Source: a candidate division FCPU426 bacterium (GTDB lineage: Bacteria; Oederibacteriota; Muellerivitia; Muellerivitales; Muellerivitaceae). Taken from it: a stretch of 64,000 nucleotides of DNA. The stretch's first letter is position 1. Every line of letters begins with the position of its first letter. Of the stretch, positions 51,961 through 61,015 are shown piece by piece. The stretch covers positions 224,001 through 288,000 of the forward strand of contig CAVYSE010000003.1 in NCBI GenBank assembly GCA_963771075.1. Direction: 5' to 3'. A program made the position numbers and the translations under genes. The notes beneath the pieces were generated by a model. That model had not been told where the DNA came from and did no database searches. It saw nothing but the letters and a program-made list of their open reading frames with translations.

Positions 51961-53754
51961 ATGTCCACTGCCACATCGGTCGTCAATGGGGTCCACTTCG
52001 AGAAGTTGATGGAGGGCTTGGACGATGAGACCCGTAAATCGGTGGAGGACGGGCTTGTATTTTTCTCCAACGACGCCGACACATCGGCCGGAGCGGAAAA
52101 ACTAAGGGCCGACAAACTTCGTACCGCCTACAACAACCTGGTGGATGCCCTGGTCACGACCCGTTTGAATGATTTGAACGGCCAGCAGGCCACCTTTCTT
52201 TGCACGGGAGCGCTTGCCGACACGGTAACCGTCCAATCCGCGGGCGGAAAAACGATGGAACTTCTTCCAACCCCCTTCTATGAGTTCCTTCTCCAAATGT
52301 GCACAAACCCCAGTCCCGAACCCCTGCCCTTCCCTGTTTACTCGGTCATGGAAAAATACACCGCCATCGCGAAGGGGGAGCTCTTGGCCCTGACCATGGG
52401 GGACGAGCGCAAAAAGGCGCTGCGGAACAGTCCCCAGGATCAAAAGCGTGCCCGGGATGAGCAGAAACGCAAAATCGATCAGTTGAAGAGTGAAATCGGA
52501 ATGTCGGTTAACCAAATCGATACTTATTTCCCCAAGGTCCTCAATAGCATGAATGAGACCGCCCTGAAGAACGCCAAGGTGGGCGTGGAGATGATGAAAA
52601 AAGTCTCCCTTGCCTGGAGCAAAGGGGACGCCGCCAGCGCTCAAGAAAAAGCCCTCATTAACGCCTTTGAGGGAAAGATCGGGGCCACCGGGGCCAGCAT
52701 GGCCAAGTGGGTGGATGAGATCATCACCTATCTCTCCAAGGTAAGCGAAAACGCCAAAATGGTTGATGAGAAACACCAAAGCGTAATGCGGGCTTTCGGG
52801 GAAATCAACAAGATCGACAACTCCTCCACCGTGGTGACGGATATCCGCGGTCCGCTCTTTAACCCGGATACCATTTCCAGCATCCGCACCGACATCGACA
52901 CCACGAACGGGGTGAGCGTACGCACGGCCGAATCCTCCCCCTTAAAGGTATCCTTCAGCGCCTCCCGCGTGCTTCTCAACAAGCATTTCGGGGATGGGGA
53001 AGATTTCAAGGACCGCCTATGCACGCCCGCCAGCGTATCGGCCTCTCTTGAGAAAATCGTGGCCCTCCACACCAACCTTTTTCCGAAGGACTTCGAGGGA
53101 CGATTCGTGGTGCCTTACATCCTGATCGAACCCCTTCGAAATTTCGTGGATTTTTTCCAGGACCGTTTCATTATGTCCTTGGTTTCCGGCGAACAAGTCC
53201 GCAAGGGACCTTTCGTGACTTTCAGCCCGGTGGACGTTCAGGTCTTGCGCCTCTGCGCCCTTTTCCTGACCAAGGACCCCATCTACGATTACCGGGGAGA
53301 CATCAAGGTGGGTACCTTCATGGGCGACTATGTGGGGAAAATAGAGAAAACCACCAAGGTCAAATGGGCTGGACAGGACAAGAAGTTCACCCTTGCCTCG
53401 ACCCAAAGCATGCAGGACACTGCCAGCCGAGAGGACGGAATTAACGACTACATCGACTTCATGAACGCCATGGCTAACAACATCGCCCCCTCCCCCAAGA
53501 TCAGCAAGCGCAAAATCGCCATTCTGCTTCGTTATGTCCTTTTTGACCGGCTTGAAAAAAACATCGCGGGCCTGTTGAAATTGGTGGCACAGACCGACCC
53601 CGCCGAAGCCAAGGACGCCATTCTGTCCTTTGTACGCGAGGATGTGGACAAGGCCAAGGACTTGATACGGGAAGCGGTTAAGTTCGATCCCCAGGCCTCC
53701 AAGATGTTCAGCGACAACCCCGATTTCGCCATCATGAGGGTCTTCGGCCGCTAA
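51961..53754 (+). CDS. Cytoplasmic alpha-helical/coiled-coil hypothetical protein (597 aa)
   Basis: AGGAGG RBS, long ORF with strong GC3 bias, own promoter and terminator; no recognised motif. Confidence 0.8.
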   Translation: MSTATSVVNGVHFEKLMEGLDDETRKSVEDGLVFFSNDADTSAGAEKLRADKLRTAYNNLVDALVTTRLNDLNGQQATFLCTGALADTVTVQSAGGKTMELLPTPFYEFLLQMCTNPSPEPLPFPVYSVMEKYTAIAKGELLALTMGDERKKALRNSPQDQKRARDEQKRKIDQLKSEIGMSVNQIDTYFPKVLNSMNETALKNAKVGVEMMKKVSLAWSKGDAASAQEKALINAFEGKIGATGASMAKWVDEIITYLSKVSENAKMVDEKHQSVMRAFGEINKIDNSSTVVTDIRGPLFNPDTISSIRTDIDTTNGVSVRTAESSPLKVSFSASRVLLNKHFGDGEDFKDRLCTPASVSASLEKIVALHTNLFPKDFEGRFVVPYILIEPLRNFVDFFQDRFIMSLVSGEQVRKGPFVTFSPVDVQVLRLCALFLTKDPIYDYRGDIKVGTFMGDYVGKIEKTTKVKWAGQDKKFTLASTQSMQDTASREDGINDYIDFMNAMANNIAPSPKISKRKIAILLRYVLFDRLEKNIAGLLKLVAQTDPAEAKDAILSFVREDVDKAKDLIREAVKFDPQASKMFSDNPDFAIMRVFGR

Positions 53755-53790
53755 ATTCATAACGAACCTTCTTCCAACACCATAACGATC

Positions 53791-53820
53791 AAGGGGCCGG
53801 GTGACAAACCCGCCCCTTTT
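53791..53820 (+). terminator. Rho-independent terminator
   Basis: AAGGGGC(C)GGGT-GACAA-ACCCGCCCCTTTT. Confidence 0.6.
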
Positions 53821-53863
53821 CATTGATAATGCCCCGCCGCTATTTCCTTTGGGGAGCCCTGGC

Positions 53864-54409
53864 ATGAATAAACTCGTAGCCCTTTCCGCCATCGGCAGTG
53901 ATCGCCCCGGGATTGTGGCGGCTTTGGCCCAGGTGCTCTATGAAACAGGCTGTAACTTGGAAGATTCCTCCATGACCCGGTTAAAAGGCAATTTCGCCAT
54001 CCTTCTCCTGGTTTCCTTGCCGGAAAAGGCCAACTTCGATCACCTCTCCCAAACCATAAAAAAAACCGCGGAAAAGCTGGGTTTGACTCTTTCCATAAGG
54101 GAGCTTTCGGCATCTGAAGCCTCCATCCAGCCCGGCGCCTCCTTGCCCTACACCCTGGTAGTTTACGGTGTGGACCACCCGGGGATCGTGTACCAGGTCG
54201 CCCAAAAGCTTTCAGCCCTGTCCATCAACATTACGGATCTGCGCACCCATATGACCCAATCCAAGGGAAATCCCCTCTATTCCATGATCATGGAAATTGA
54301 AATTTCAAGCCAATCCGCCGCAGGTGAATTAAAAAAGGAGATGGAATCCTTGGCCCGCGAATTAAGGGTGGAAATGACCCTCAACCCGGTCGAGGTGGAC
54401 GAACTTTAA
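53864..54409 (+). CDS. Double ACT-domain protein (GcvR-like)
   Basis: G.DRPGIVA...GCNLEDSSM and G.DHPGIV...INITDL. Confidence 0.85.
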   Translation: MNKLVALSAIGSDRPGIVAALAQVLYETGCNLEDSSMTRLKGNFAILLLVSLPEKANFDHLSQTIKKTAEKLGLTLSIRELSASEASIQPGASLPYTLVVYGVDHPGIVYQVAQKLSALSINITDLRTHMTQSKGNPLYSMIMEIEISSQSAAGELKKEMESLARELRVEMTLNPVEVDEL

Positions 54410-54411
54410 TC

Positions 54412-54938
54412 ATGGCCGTTCGAACCATCCTCACTTATCCAGACCCGCTTTTGAAACAAGTATCGGTGGGAGCAGACTTGAAAGACCCGGGGTGGAAGAG
54501 CTTTTCGTGGATTTGGGGGATACCCTTCGGGCCTTTCCCGGTTGCGTGGGCTTAGCCGCACCCCAGGTCGGAGCCATGGTTCGGTGCCTGGTTGTGGATG
54601 TTTCGGCATCTTCCCGCGCAGGTCAAAGCCATGGCCTCCTCCAACTGGCCAACCCCCGGCTCGTCGAGGCCAGCCAGTGGAAAATAAGCCGGGAAGGTTG
54701 CTTAAGTTTTCCGAACCTGTTGGCCAACGTGAAAAGGGCGCAAAAAATACGCGTTTCAGCCCTGGACCCGTCTGGATTGCCGTTGGATTTGACATGTACG
54801 GGCTATGAGGCGGTGGCTATCCAGCACGAGATGGACCATTTGGACGGAATTCTATTCCTGGACCGGATTAGATCCTCCAAGGATCTTTTTGAAAGGCACA
54901 AACCCGGAACTCCGATTCCGGGAACGGAACCCATATGA
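54412..54938 (+). CDS. def: Second peptide deformylase (frameshift at the G run ~54489-54492)
   Basis: ATG 54412 gives MAVRTILTYPDPLLKQVS; the other frame continues with CVGLAAPQ, EGCLS and QHEMDH. Confidence 0.85.
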
Positions 54939-55486
54939 CGAATAAAGCCGAAACCAATATGGTCTGGATGGATTTGGAAATGTCGGGTTTGGACCCCAAG
55001 ACCTGCAAGATCCTGGAAATCGCCTCCCTGGTGACGGACAAGGACCTCAACGTATTGGCCCAGGGCCCCGCGCTGGTCGTGCACCAGCCGGAGGAAGTGC
55101 TCGCGGCCATGGATGACTGGAACAAGCACCACCACGGCCTTTCAGGCTTGACGGAAGCGGTTCGTAAATCCGTGATCAGCCTGGAGGATGCGGAAAAACA
55201 AACCCTGGCCTTCATTCAACAACAATGCCCGCCCAAGTCCAGCCCGCTTTGCGGGAACACCATCTACCAGGACCGGCGGTTTTTAATTGAGTACATGCCC
55301 ACGCTAGAGGCCTATTTGCATTACCGCCTGGTGGACGTGAGCACCATTAAGGAACTAGTAAAAAGGTGGTACGGACCTGAATATCAATCTCCCCAAAAGA
55401 AACAAAAACACAAAGCGCTGGAAGATATTCTAGAGACGATCGAGGAATTAAAGTTCTACCGGGAGAAGGTTTTCAAGACCTTTTAA
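54935..55486 (+). CDS. orn: Oligoribonuclease
   Basis: VWMDLEMSGL, LCGN...DRRFL, HYR.VDVST.KEL and H.AL.DI. Confidence 0.95.
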   Translation: MTNKAETNMVWMDLEMSGLDPKTCKILEIASLVTDKDLNVLAQGPALVVHQPEEVLAAMDDWNKHHHGLSGLTEAVRKSVISLEDAEKQTLAFIQQQCPPKSSPLCGNTIYQDRRFLIEYMPTLEAYLHYRLVDVSTIKELVKRWYGPEYQSPQKKQKHKALEDILETIEELKFYREKVFKTF

Positions 55487-56519
55487 GCTTTTGCCGGGCC
55501 CTTCGCTTCGTTTTACCGGCCTTGGGGGCGGGCTTCTTGAAATAGTTCTGGTGCCAGACCCAAGCGGTTTTCAATATGTTTTCCAGGCTGGAGTGTTCCG
55601 CCTTCCATCCCAGGACCTGTTGAGCCTTGTCCGTTTTCCCCACCAATTCAGGAGGGTCCCCCGCCCTACGGGGGCCATATTGAATGGGGATTAATTTGCC
55701 AGTAATCTTCTGGGCCTCGGAAATGACCTGCCTCACCGAATAACCCTTTCCGGTGCCGAGGTTGAAAGCGTCTCCCTCCCCTTTTTCCATCATGTGATGA
55801 AGGGCCAAATAATGCGAAACTGCCAAATCGGTGACATGGATGTAATCGCGCACACATGTTCCATCGGGGGTGGGATAATCGGTTCCAAATACGGTGATAT
55901 CTTTGCGGCGGCCCATCGCGGCGTCCAAGACCAGCGGGATCAAATGGGCTTCCGGCTCATGAACCTCTCCGATGGTTCCGGAGGCGTCCGCGCCGGCGGC
56001 GTTAAAGTAACGAAGGAAGGTGGATTTCAGTCCGTAAGCCTTCCCGTACCACCGGAGAATCTTTTCGATCATGAATTTGGAGTCGCCATAGGGATTCACG
56101 GGCTCTTGCGGATGCTCCTCCGGGATGGGTACCTGCCGGGGCTCCCCATAGGTGGCGCAGGTGGATGAGAAGATGAAATAACCGACTTTCATCTTCAGCA
56201 TGGCCGAAAACAAGTTCATGGCGTTCGTCAAATTTTCCCGGTAATACTTTTGGGGGTTCAGGACCGATTCGCCCACCGCCGCGTGGGAGGCAAAATGCAT
56301 CACGGCCACGGGCTTTACCTTGCGCAATGCCTGGAGGATTGATTTTTCATTGGCGAGGTCGCCCCGGATTAAAGCCCCTTTAGGCACCGCCCAGGCATGG
56401 CCAAGGGATAGGTTGTCGTATGCCACCGCTTCATACCCAAAACGGGCTGCTTCTTTCATGGCATGGGAGCCGATATAACCCGCCCCCCCAGTGATTAATA
56501 TTCTCTTTTTGTGGGTCAA
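55473..56519 (-). CDS. galE: UDP-glucose 4-epimerase
   Basis: TGGAGYIGSH, YGDSK (YxxxK), LRYFN and DGTCVRDYIHV. Confidence 0.95.
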   Translation of the reverse strand: MTHKKRILITGGAGYIGSHAMKEAARFGYEAVAYDNLSLGHAWAVPKGALIRGDLANEKSILQALRKVKPVAVMHFASHAAVGESVLNPQKYYRENLTNAMNLFSAMLKMKVGYFIFSSTCATYGEPRQVPIPEEHPQEPVNPYGDSKFMIEKILRWYGKAYGLKSTFLRYFNAAGADASGTIGEVHEPEAHLIPLVLDAAMGRRKDITVFGTDYPTPDGTCVRDYIHVTDLAVSHYLALHHMMEKGEGDAFNLGTGKGYSVRQVISEAQKITGKLIPIQYGPRRAGDPPELVGKTDKAQQVLGWKAEHSSLENILKTAWVWHQNYFKKPAPKAGKTKRRARQKLKRS

Positions 56520-56694
56520 AATTTCCTCCCGAAAACTCTTTTATTTGACAAGAAGCTTATTTTCAGCCCTAAACAAGGGAAAACATTTTCCAAAATTGTT
56601 GTTTTTTTGTCTGTTCCCTAATGAACCGGTAAAACATAATAAACCCATTGTTGAGCCGTACCAATCCTGTTTTGAAATAACAGGTAAAGAAAAA

Positions 56695-57801
56695 TTGCCA
56701 AATAAAAAGACTCAAACATCCGTCATTCACCGGGCCTCTACCCCTCCCACCTCAAACGAAACGGCCATCACCCACCTTTTCTCCGTCAACCAAGCGCTCA
56801 TGGCTCTATATCATGTCAGCTCGGAACTTCAACTTTCTAAACCCCTTCCCGCCCTATTGAAATCCATTTTGCGCGGACTCAAAGGTGGAACCGGTATTGA
56901 TCGGGCCGCCATATTTTTGAACAACACGGACCATCACCTTCTCCAGGGAACCGCCGCCCTTGGCTTAAACGAGAAAAAGACGGCTGAGCTTTCCTTGCCA
57001 TTTGCCGACACCTGGGAGGAAGCGCTTCTGGGACTCAATAACCTGACCGCTCTCAACGGCCCCTGGCCTACCGATTTGGATTCCCTTAAAGCGGCTATTG
57101 AGGAAAAGCTGGAATGCAAATCGCTTGGGCTTTTGCCATTGGAAATGCGGGACCAACTCCTGGGTGTCTTGGCCTTCAGTATCCCCGAGATTTGTCCCAA
57201 GCCGGAGATTCTCGGGATCTTCGCACGCCAAGCCGCCATGACTATGGAGAACGCCCAACTTTTCTCCAAGGTCGAGGAAATGGCGCTGCGGGACACCTTG
57301 ACCGGGCTTTACAACCGCCGATATTTTCAACAGATCCTGGATTATGAGCTGAATCGGGCCAAGCGTTACCGACAACCCCTTTCTCTTATTTTCATCGACC
57401 TGGACCATTTCAAGGAAATCAACGATCAGTTCGGTCATTCAGTGGGGGATCAATTCCTGCGGCAGATTGCCCTGAAGCTATCCACCCTGTTCCGGACTAC
57501 CGATTTGGTGGCGCGCTACGCCGGGGATGAATTCATCGCCATTCTGCCCACCACTCCCCATGAGGGCGCCATGATCCTCGCCCGTCGAATTCTTGATCAA
57601 TTGGGAAACTACCAGCTTATGGTGAGGGGAAAAACCTTGCAGGCCTCGGTCAGCGTCGGGGTGGATACCTATCTCGGTTTGGAGGGCATTGGCAGCGTGG
57701 GATTCATTGACCGAGCCGACAAAGCCATGTACGAGGCTAAGACCAACGGGCGCAATTGCGTTAAAAGCTATCAGGAAATCTCCCAATCCGCCGTTTCTTA
57801 A
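56695..57801 (+). CDS. GAF-GGDEF diguanylate cyclase (AGDEF variant); start uncertain
   Basis: D.LTGLYNRRY, DLDHFKEIND.FGH..GD, RTTD I-site and RYAGDEF; the track start overlaps galE, so a downstream TTG was chosen. Confidence 0.85.
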   Translation: MPNKKTQTSVIHRASTPPTSNETAITHLFSVNQALMALYHVSSELQLSKPLPALLKSILRGLKGGTGIDRAAIFLNNTDHHLLQGTAALGLNEKKTAELSLPFADTWEEALLGLNNLTALNGPWPTDLDSLKAAIEEKLECKSLGLLPLEMRDQLLGVLAFSIPEICPKPEILGIFARQAAMTMENAQLFSKVEEMALRDTLTGLYNRRYFQQILDYELNRAKRYRQPLSLIFIDLDHFKEINDQFGHSVGDQFLRQIALKLSTLFRTTDLVARYAGDEFIAILPTTPHEGAMILARRILDQLGNYQLMVRGKTLQASVSVGVDTYLGLEGIGSVGFIDRADKAMYEAKTNGRNCVKSYQEISQSAVS

Positions 57802-58045
57802 TCCCTTTCCAAATAATATCCTCAAAATTCAGAAGCCGTAACAAAACTCTGTTTTTTTCCCGTTTCGTGCTTTTTACTGCCCTTGGCAGAAGCCGACAGG
57901 TCGCTATAAAAGTTTAAAGTCTGGTTCCGGTTCTAAGATTGATCCGCACCAATTCAATAAACTTCTTGGGGAAGTTTGCTATATCCCATTAATTTATTTG
58001 AAAATGAAGGAAGGTAAATTCGTATATCCCGAGGTGGGGCTCGGT

Positions 58046-59566
58046 TCAGCCGATAGCGAAAAGTTTTTTCTGTCCCTCAACCGGCACCGGGTTATCTTCC
58101 AAGACCTTGATGGTCTGCAACCTGCCGTCCGCCTGGCCATTGACCCTGGCGCCTGCGTCCAACACGCTCATCAGGTAAGAATAGATTTCCTGGGTGATCA
58201 CCTCCCCCGGGCAAAGGACCGGGATGCCGGGAGGATAGGGACACACGATCTCGGCGCAAATCTTGCCCACGGACCGCTTGAATGGGATCTTGCGGGTCAA
58301 CTTGGTGAGGGCCTCGCGTGGGTTGAGTTCCTTCCTGGGCACAAAATGGGGGAAAACGATTCGTTTCTTCCGCTTCAGGTTCAGGAACATGTCCCGGTAA
58401 TCCACCGTGATCTTACGCAGAGCGGCGACCAGCTTTTTCATTTCCTTGGGCGTATTTCCCAAGGATACAAATAAGAGAATATTGTGGTAGTCGGACATTT
58501 CGGTTTGAATGCCATACTCGGAATTCAGGATCTTGGCCATGTCGTATCCCACGCAGGGTAGCCCTTTGGTGGAAATGGTCAACTTGGTGGGATCCATGTC
58601 CATGCCCGGCAATCCCCTCACCTGCTCCCGGGTCAGGCAATTCAATCCCGGAATGGAATTGATGGCCTGCCGGGTGTTTTCGCACATTTCCAGCACTTCG
58701 GTCAGGCGCTGCTCCCCCTCCTGCACCATTTGACGCCGGGAAATATCGAGCGATCCCAAAATCACGTAAGAGGGGCTGGTGGTCTGCAGCATTTGAAGCG
58801 TGGTTTTCAAACGAAGGATGTCGACCCGGATTCCCTTCACATGGAGGATGGAACCCTGGCTCAGGGCTGCCAGGTGCTTGTGGGTGGATTGAACGCAAAG
58901 GTCGGCGCCCGCGTCCATGGCCGATTTGGGAAAAGCCGGGTGAAAATGAAAATGTCCCCCATGGGCCTCATCCACCATCAGGATCTTGTCGTGTTGGTGG
59001 ACCGCTTCCGCGATGGCTTCCAGGTCCGCCGTGAGGCCAAAATAGGTCGGGCTGGTGACCAGCACTGCCTTGGCATCGGGATGCTGGCGCAGGGCCTCCT
59101 CCACCTGGTCGACCGTGAGGTTCAAAATGAGGTCGCTTGATTCGTCGATCCGGGGCATGAGATAAACCGGTTCGGCGCCCGCCAGGATGACCGCCGAGAT
59201 GACCGATTTGTGCGCGTTTCGGGGAATGATAATCTTGTCTCCCGGGTCGCATACCGAGAGGATCATGGCCTGGTTTCCCCCCGTGGTGCCGTTGACCAGG
59301 AAGAAGGAATAGTCCGCCCCATAGGCTTTCGCCGCCAGGAACTGGGCTTCCTTGATCACGCTGCTGGGTTCGTGGAGGGAGTCAATCTCGCTCATCACCG
59401 AGAGATCAAGGCGGAACACCTTTTCTCCCACGAAAGAGCGGAAAACCTTGGGGATGCCCTGACCGTGTTTATGCCCGGGGGTATGGAAGGAAATCTTGTT
59501 CTCGTTGGCATAGCCAACGATTGCGTCAAAGAGGGGCGTCTTATCCTGGCCGTCGTTAAAGGGCAT
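58046..59566 (-). CDS. PLP-dependent Arg/Lys/Orn decarboxylase (fold type I, Bacillus SpeA-like)
   Basis: FHTPGHK, LVNGTT, DEAHG, QSTHK, TTSPSY and YPPGIP. Confidence 0.9.
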   Translation of the reverse strand: MPFNDGQDKTPLFDAIVGYANENKISFHTPGHKHGQGIPKVFRSFVGEKVFRLDLSVMSEIDSLHEPSSVIKEAQFLAAKAYGADYSFFLVNGTTGGNQAMILSVCDPGDKIIIPRNAHKSVISAVILAGAEPVYLMPRIDESSDLILNLTVDQVEEALRQHPDAKAVLVTSPTYFGLTADLEAIAEAVHQHDKILMVDEAHGGHFHFHPAFPKSAMDAGADLCVQSTHKHLAALSQGSILHVKGIRVDILRLKTTLQMLQTTSPSYVILGSLDISRRQMVQEGEQRLTEVLEMCENTRQAINSIPGLNCLTREQVRGLPGMDMDPTKLTISTKGLPCVGYDMAKILNSEYGIQTEMSDYHNILLFVSLGNTPKEMKKLVAALRKITVDYRDMFLNLKRKKRIVFPHFVPRKELNPREALTKLTRKIPFKRSVGKICAEIVCPYPPGIPVLCPGEVITQEIYSYLMSVLDAGARVNGQADGRLQTIKVLEDNPVPVEGQKKLFAIG

Positions 59567-59574
59567 AAATCATC

Positions 59575-60519
59575 CTAAGAGAAATTCTTCTCTTCTCCGA
59601 TGAACCGGTAGGTAAGGGGCTTATCATCGCGGATCACCTCGGTCAACCGGACTATTCCGTCCCGAATGAACTTGGGGGTGAAAAACAAGCCCTCATGGGT
59701 TTCCCCGTCGTAGTACCGCAGATCCTTGATACCCCTTCGCTTCAACACCCGGTCCACCTGTTCCCTTTTTAAAAGTTTTGAATCGGTGTTTTGGGAGGCC
59801 AGGGTGAAACTCCAAGGGATGTCAAAGGAGGGGACATTGGCCGGCCAGGAGTAGACCAAGGGGAAAACCCGCTTTAGTGTGTTATGGATTGCCGCCAGGC
59901 ATCGTAATTCCTTCTCGGCGGAACACCCGGATTGCAGTGAAACAATGCCGTTATCGGAAAGCTTATCCTTGACCATGGAATAGAACTCTTCGGTATAAAG
60001 CAGGTAGGCGGGGCCTTCTTCGACAGGCTCGGGTATATCAATAATCACCACATCGAATTTTTCTTTGCTTTTTTCTAAAAACTTCCTGCCATCCTCGTAT
60101 AAAAGGGTTGTCTTTTTATCCTTAAAGGCTCCCCGGTGCCATTCTTCCATGTATTGGTCGCAAAGATCGACAACTCGTTTATCAATATCGATCATCCACA
60201 CCTTTTCCACGGTATTGTGCCGTAATACCTCATAAAGGGTTGCCCCCTCCCCGCCGCCGATAATGACCACCTTTTTGGGCTCGGGACAGCTGACCATCGC
60301 GGGATGAACCAGGTTCTCATGGTAAATGAACTCGTCCAATTGGGCTGATTGCATATGGCCGTCCAAAATAAGGCATTTCCCGTAGTGGGAAGATTGGATG
60401 ATCTCGACTTTTTGGTAGGGCGTCTGTTCGGAAGCGTAAATTTTGGTGATCCCTCGCATGTGGGCCTCATCAGGGGCGTAAAACTCGATGTGCCAATGGG
60501 GGCTAATGATGTCGGACAT
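59575..60519 (-). CDS. speE: Spermidine synthase / polyamine aminopropyltransferase
   Basis: LDG..Q...DEFIYHE.LVHP and IIGGGEGA. Confidence 0.93.
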   Translation of the reverse strand: MSDIISPHWHIEFYAPDEAHMRGITKIYASEQTPYQKVEIIQSSHYGKCLILDGHMQSAQLDEFIYHENLVHPAMVSCPEPKKVVIIGGGEGATLYEVLRHNTVEKVWMIDIDKRVVDLCDQYMEEWHRGAFKDKKTTLLYEDGRKFLEKSKEKFDVVIIDIPEPVEEGPAYLLYTEEFYSMVKDKLSDNGIVSLQSGCSAEKELRCLAAIHNTLKRVFPLVYSWPANVPSFDIPWSFTLASQNTDSKLLKREQVDRVLKRRGIKDLRYYDGETHEGLFFTPKFIRDGIVRLTEVIRDDKPLTYRFIGEEKNFS

Positions 60520-61015
60520 CTCGAAATCTCCCTTGTTTCAAAAATTTCATCGGAAAAGTAAAAAAAATTCGTCCACTTTTTGCGGGGTGCGGCGTCCGGC
60601 TCAATAATGATCTTCTTTTAAAATCAACTTTCTTTAAAAGCAGCCTTGGAAGTCATGGAAGATGGTGGAGAGGCCGGGATTTGTTGAGAACCGCTGAAAT
60701 GGTTTCCCGTCCCGGGGGTGTTTAGGGGCGATGGGTCTCTCTAGATTGACTTTCCTGGGCGACTCACGAATTAACTTCGGGCTCTCAAATTTAAAAAACC
60801 ATCCAACGAATGGTCTTAACGATGCGAATCCGAATCCCAACATCGATTTTCGCCGAAATTCGTGACAACTTTTTTCAAGTATAAAACGATTCAAAAAGCT
60901 GTCAAGAAAATACTGGCTTTTCACCTTCCAAACGGAAAGGTTTTGCTCCGCCTCTAAATTTTTTTCCCTCGCGAATGATAAACTATCTCCCACTCTCCAA
61001 CCGAAAGGAAAAATT

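Noticed and set aside
60663..60683. tRNA-like 3' end (…AAATCCCGGCCTCTCCACCA) as a tRNA or att site
   Set aside because: No intact T-loop, anticodon arm, D arm or matching 5' acceptor strand, and no integrase nearby; kept only as part of a structured-leader finding
60685..60785. c-di-AMP (ydaO) riboswitch call
   Set aside because: Only scattered motif similarity; the conserved ACCC and CCCG..CCG.CAGC elements are missing
60634..60993. 119-aa minus-strand ORF upstream of speE as a possible speD
   Set aside because: No AdoMetDC ESH motif or recognisable RBS; likely spurious
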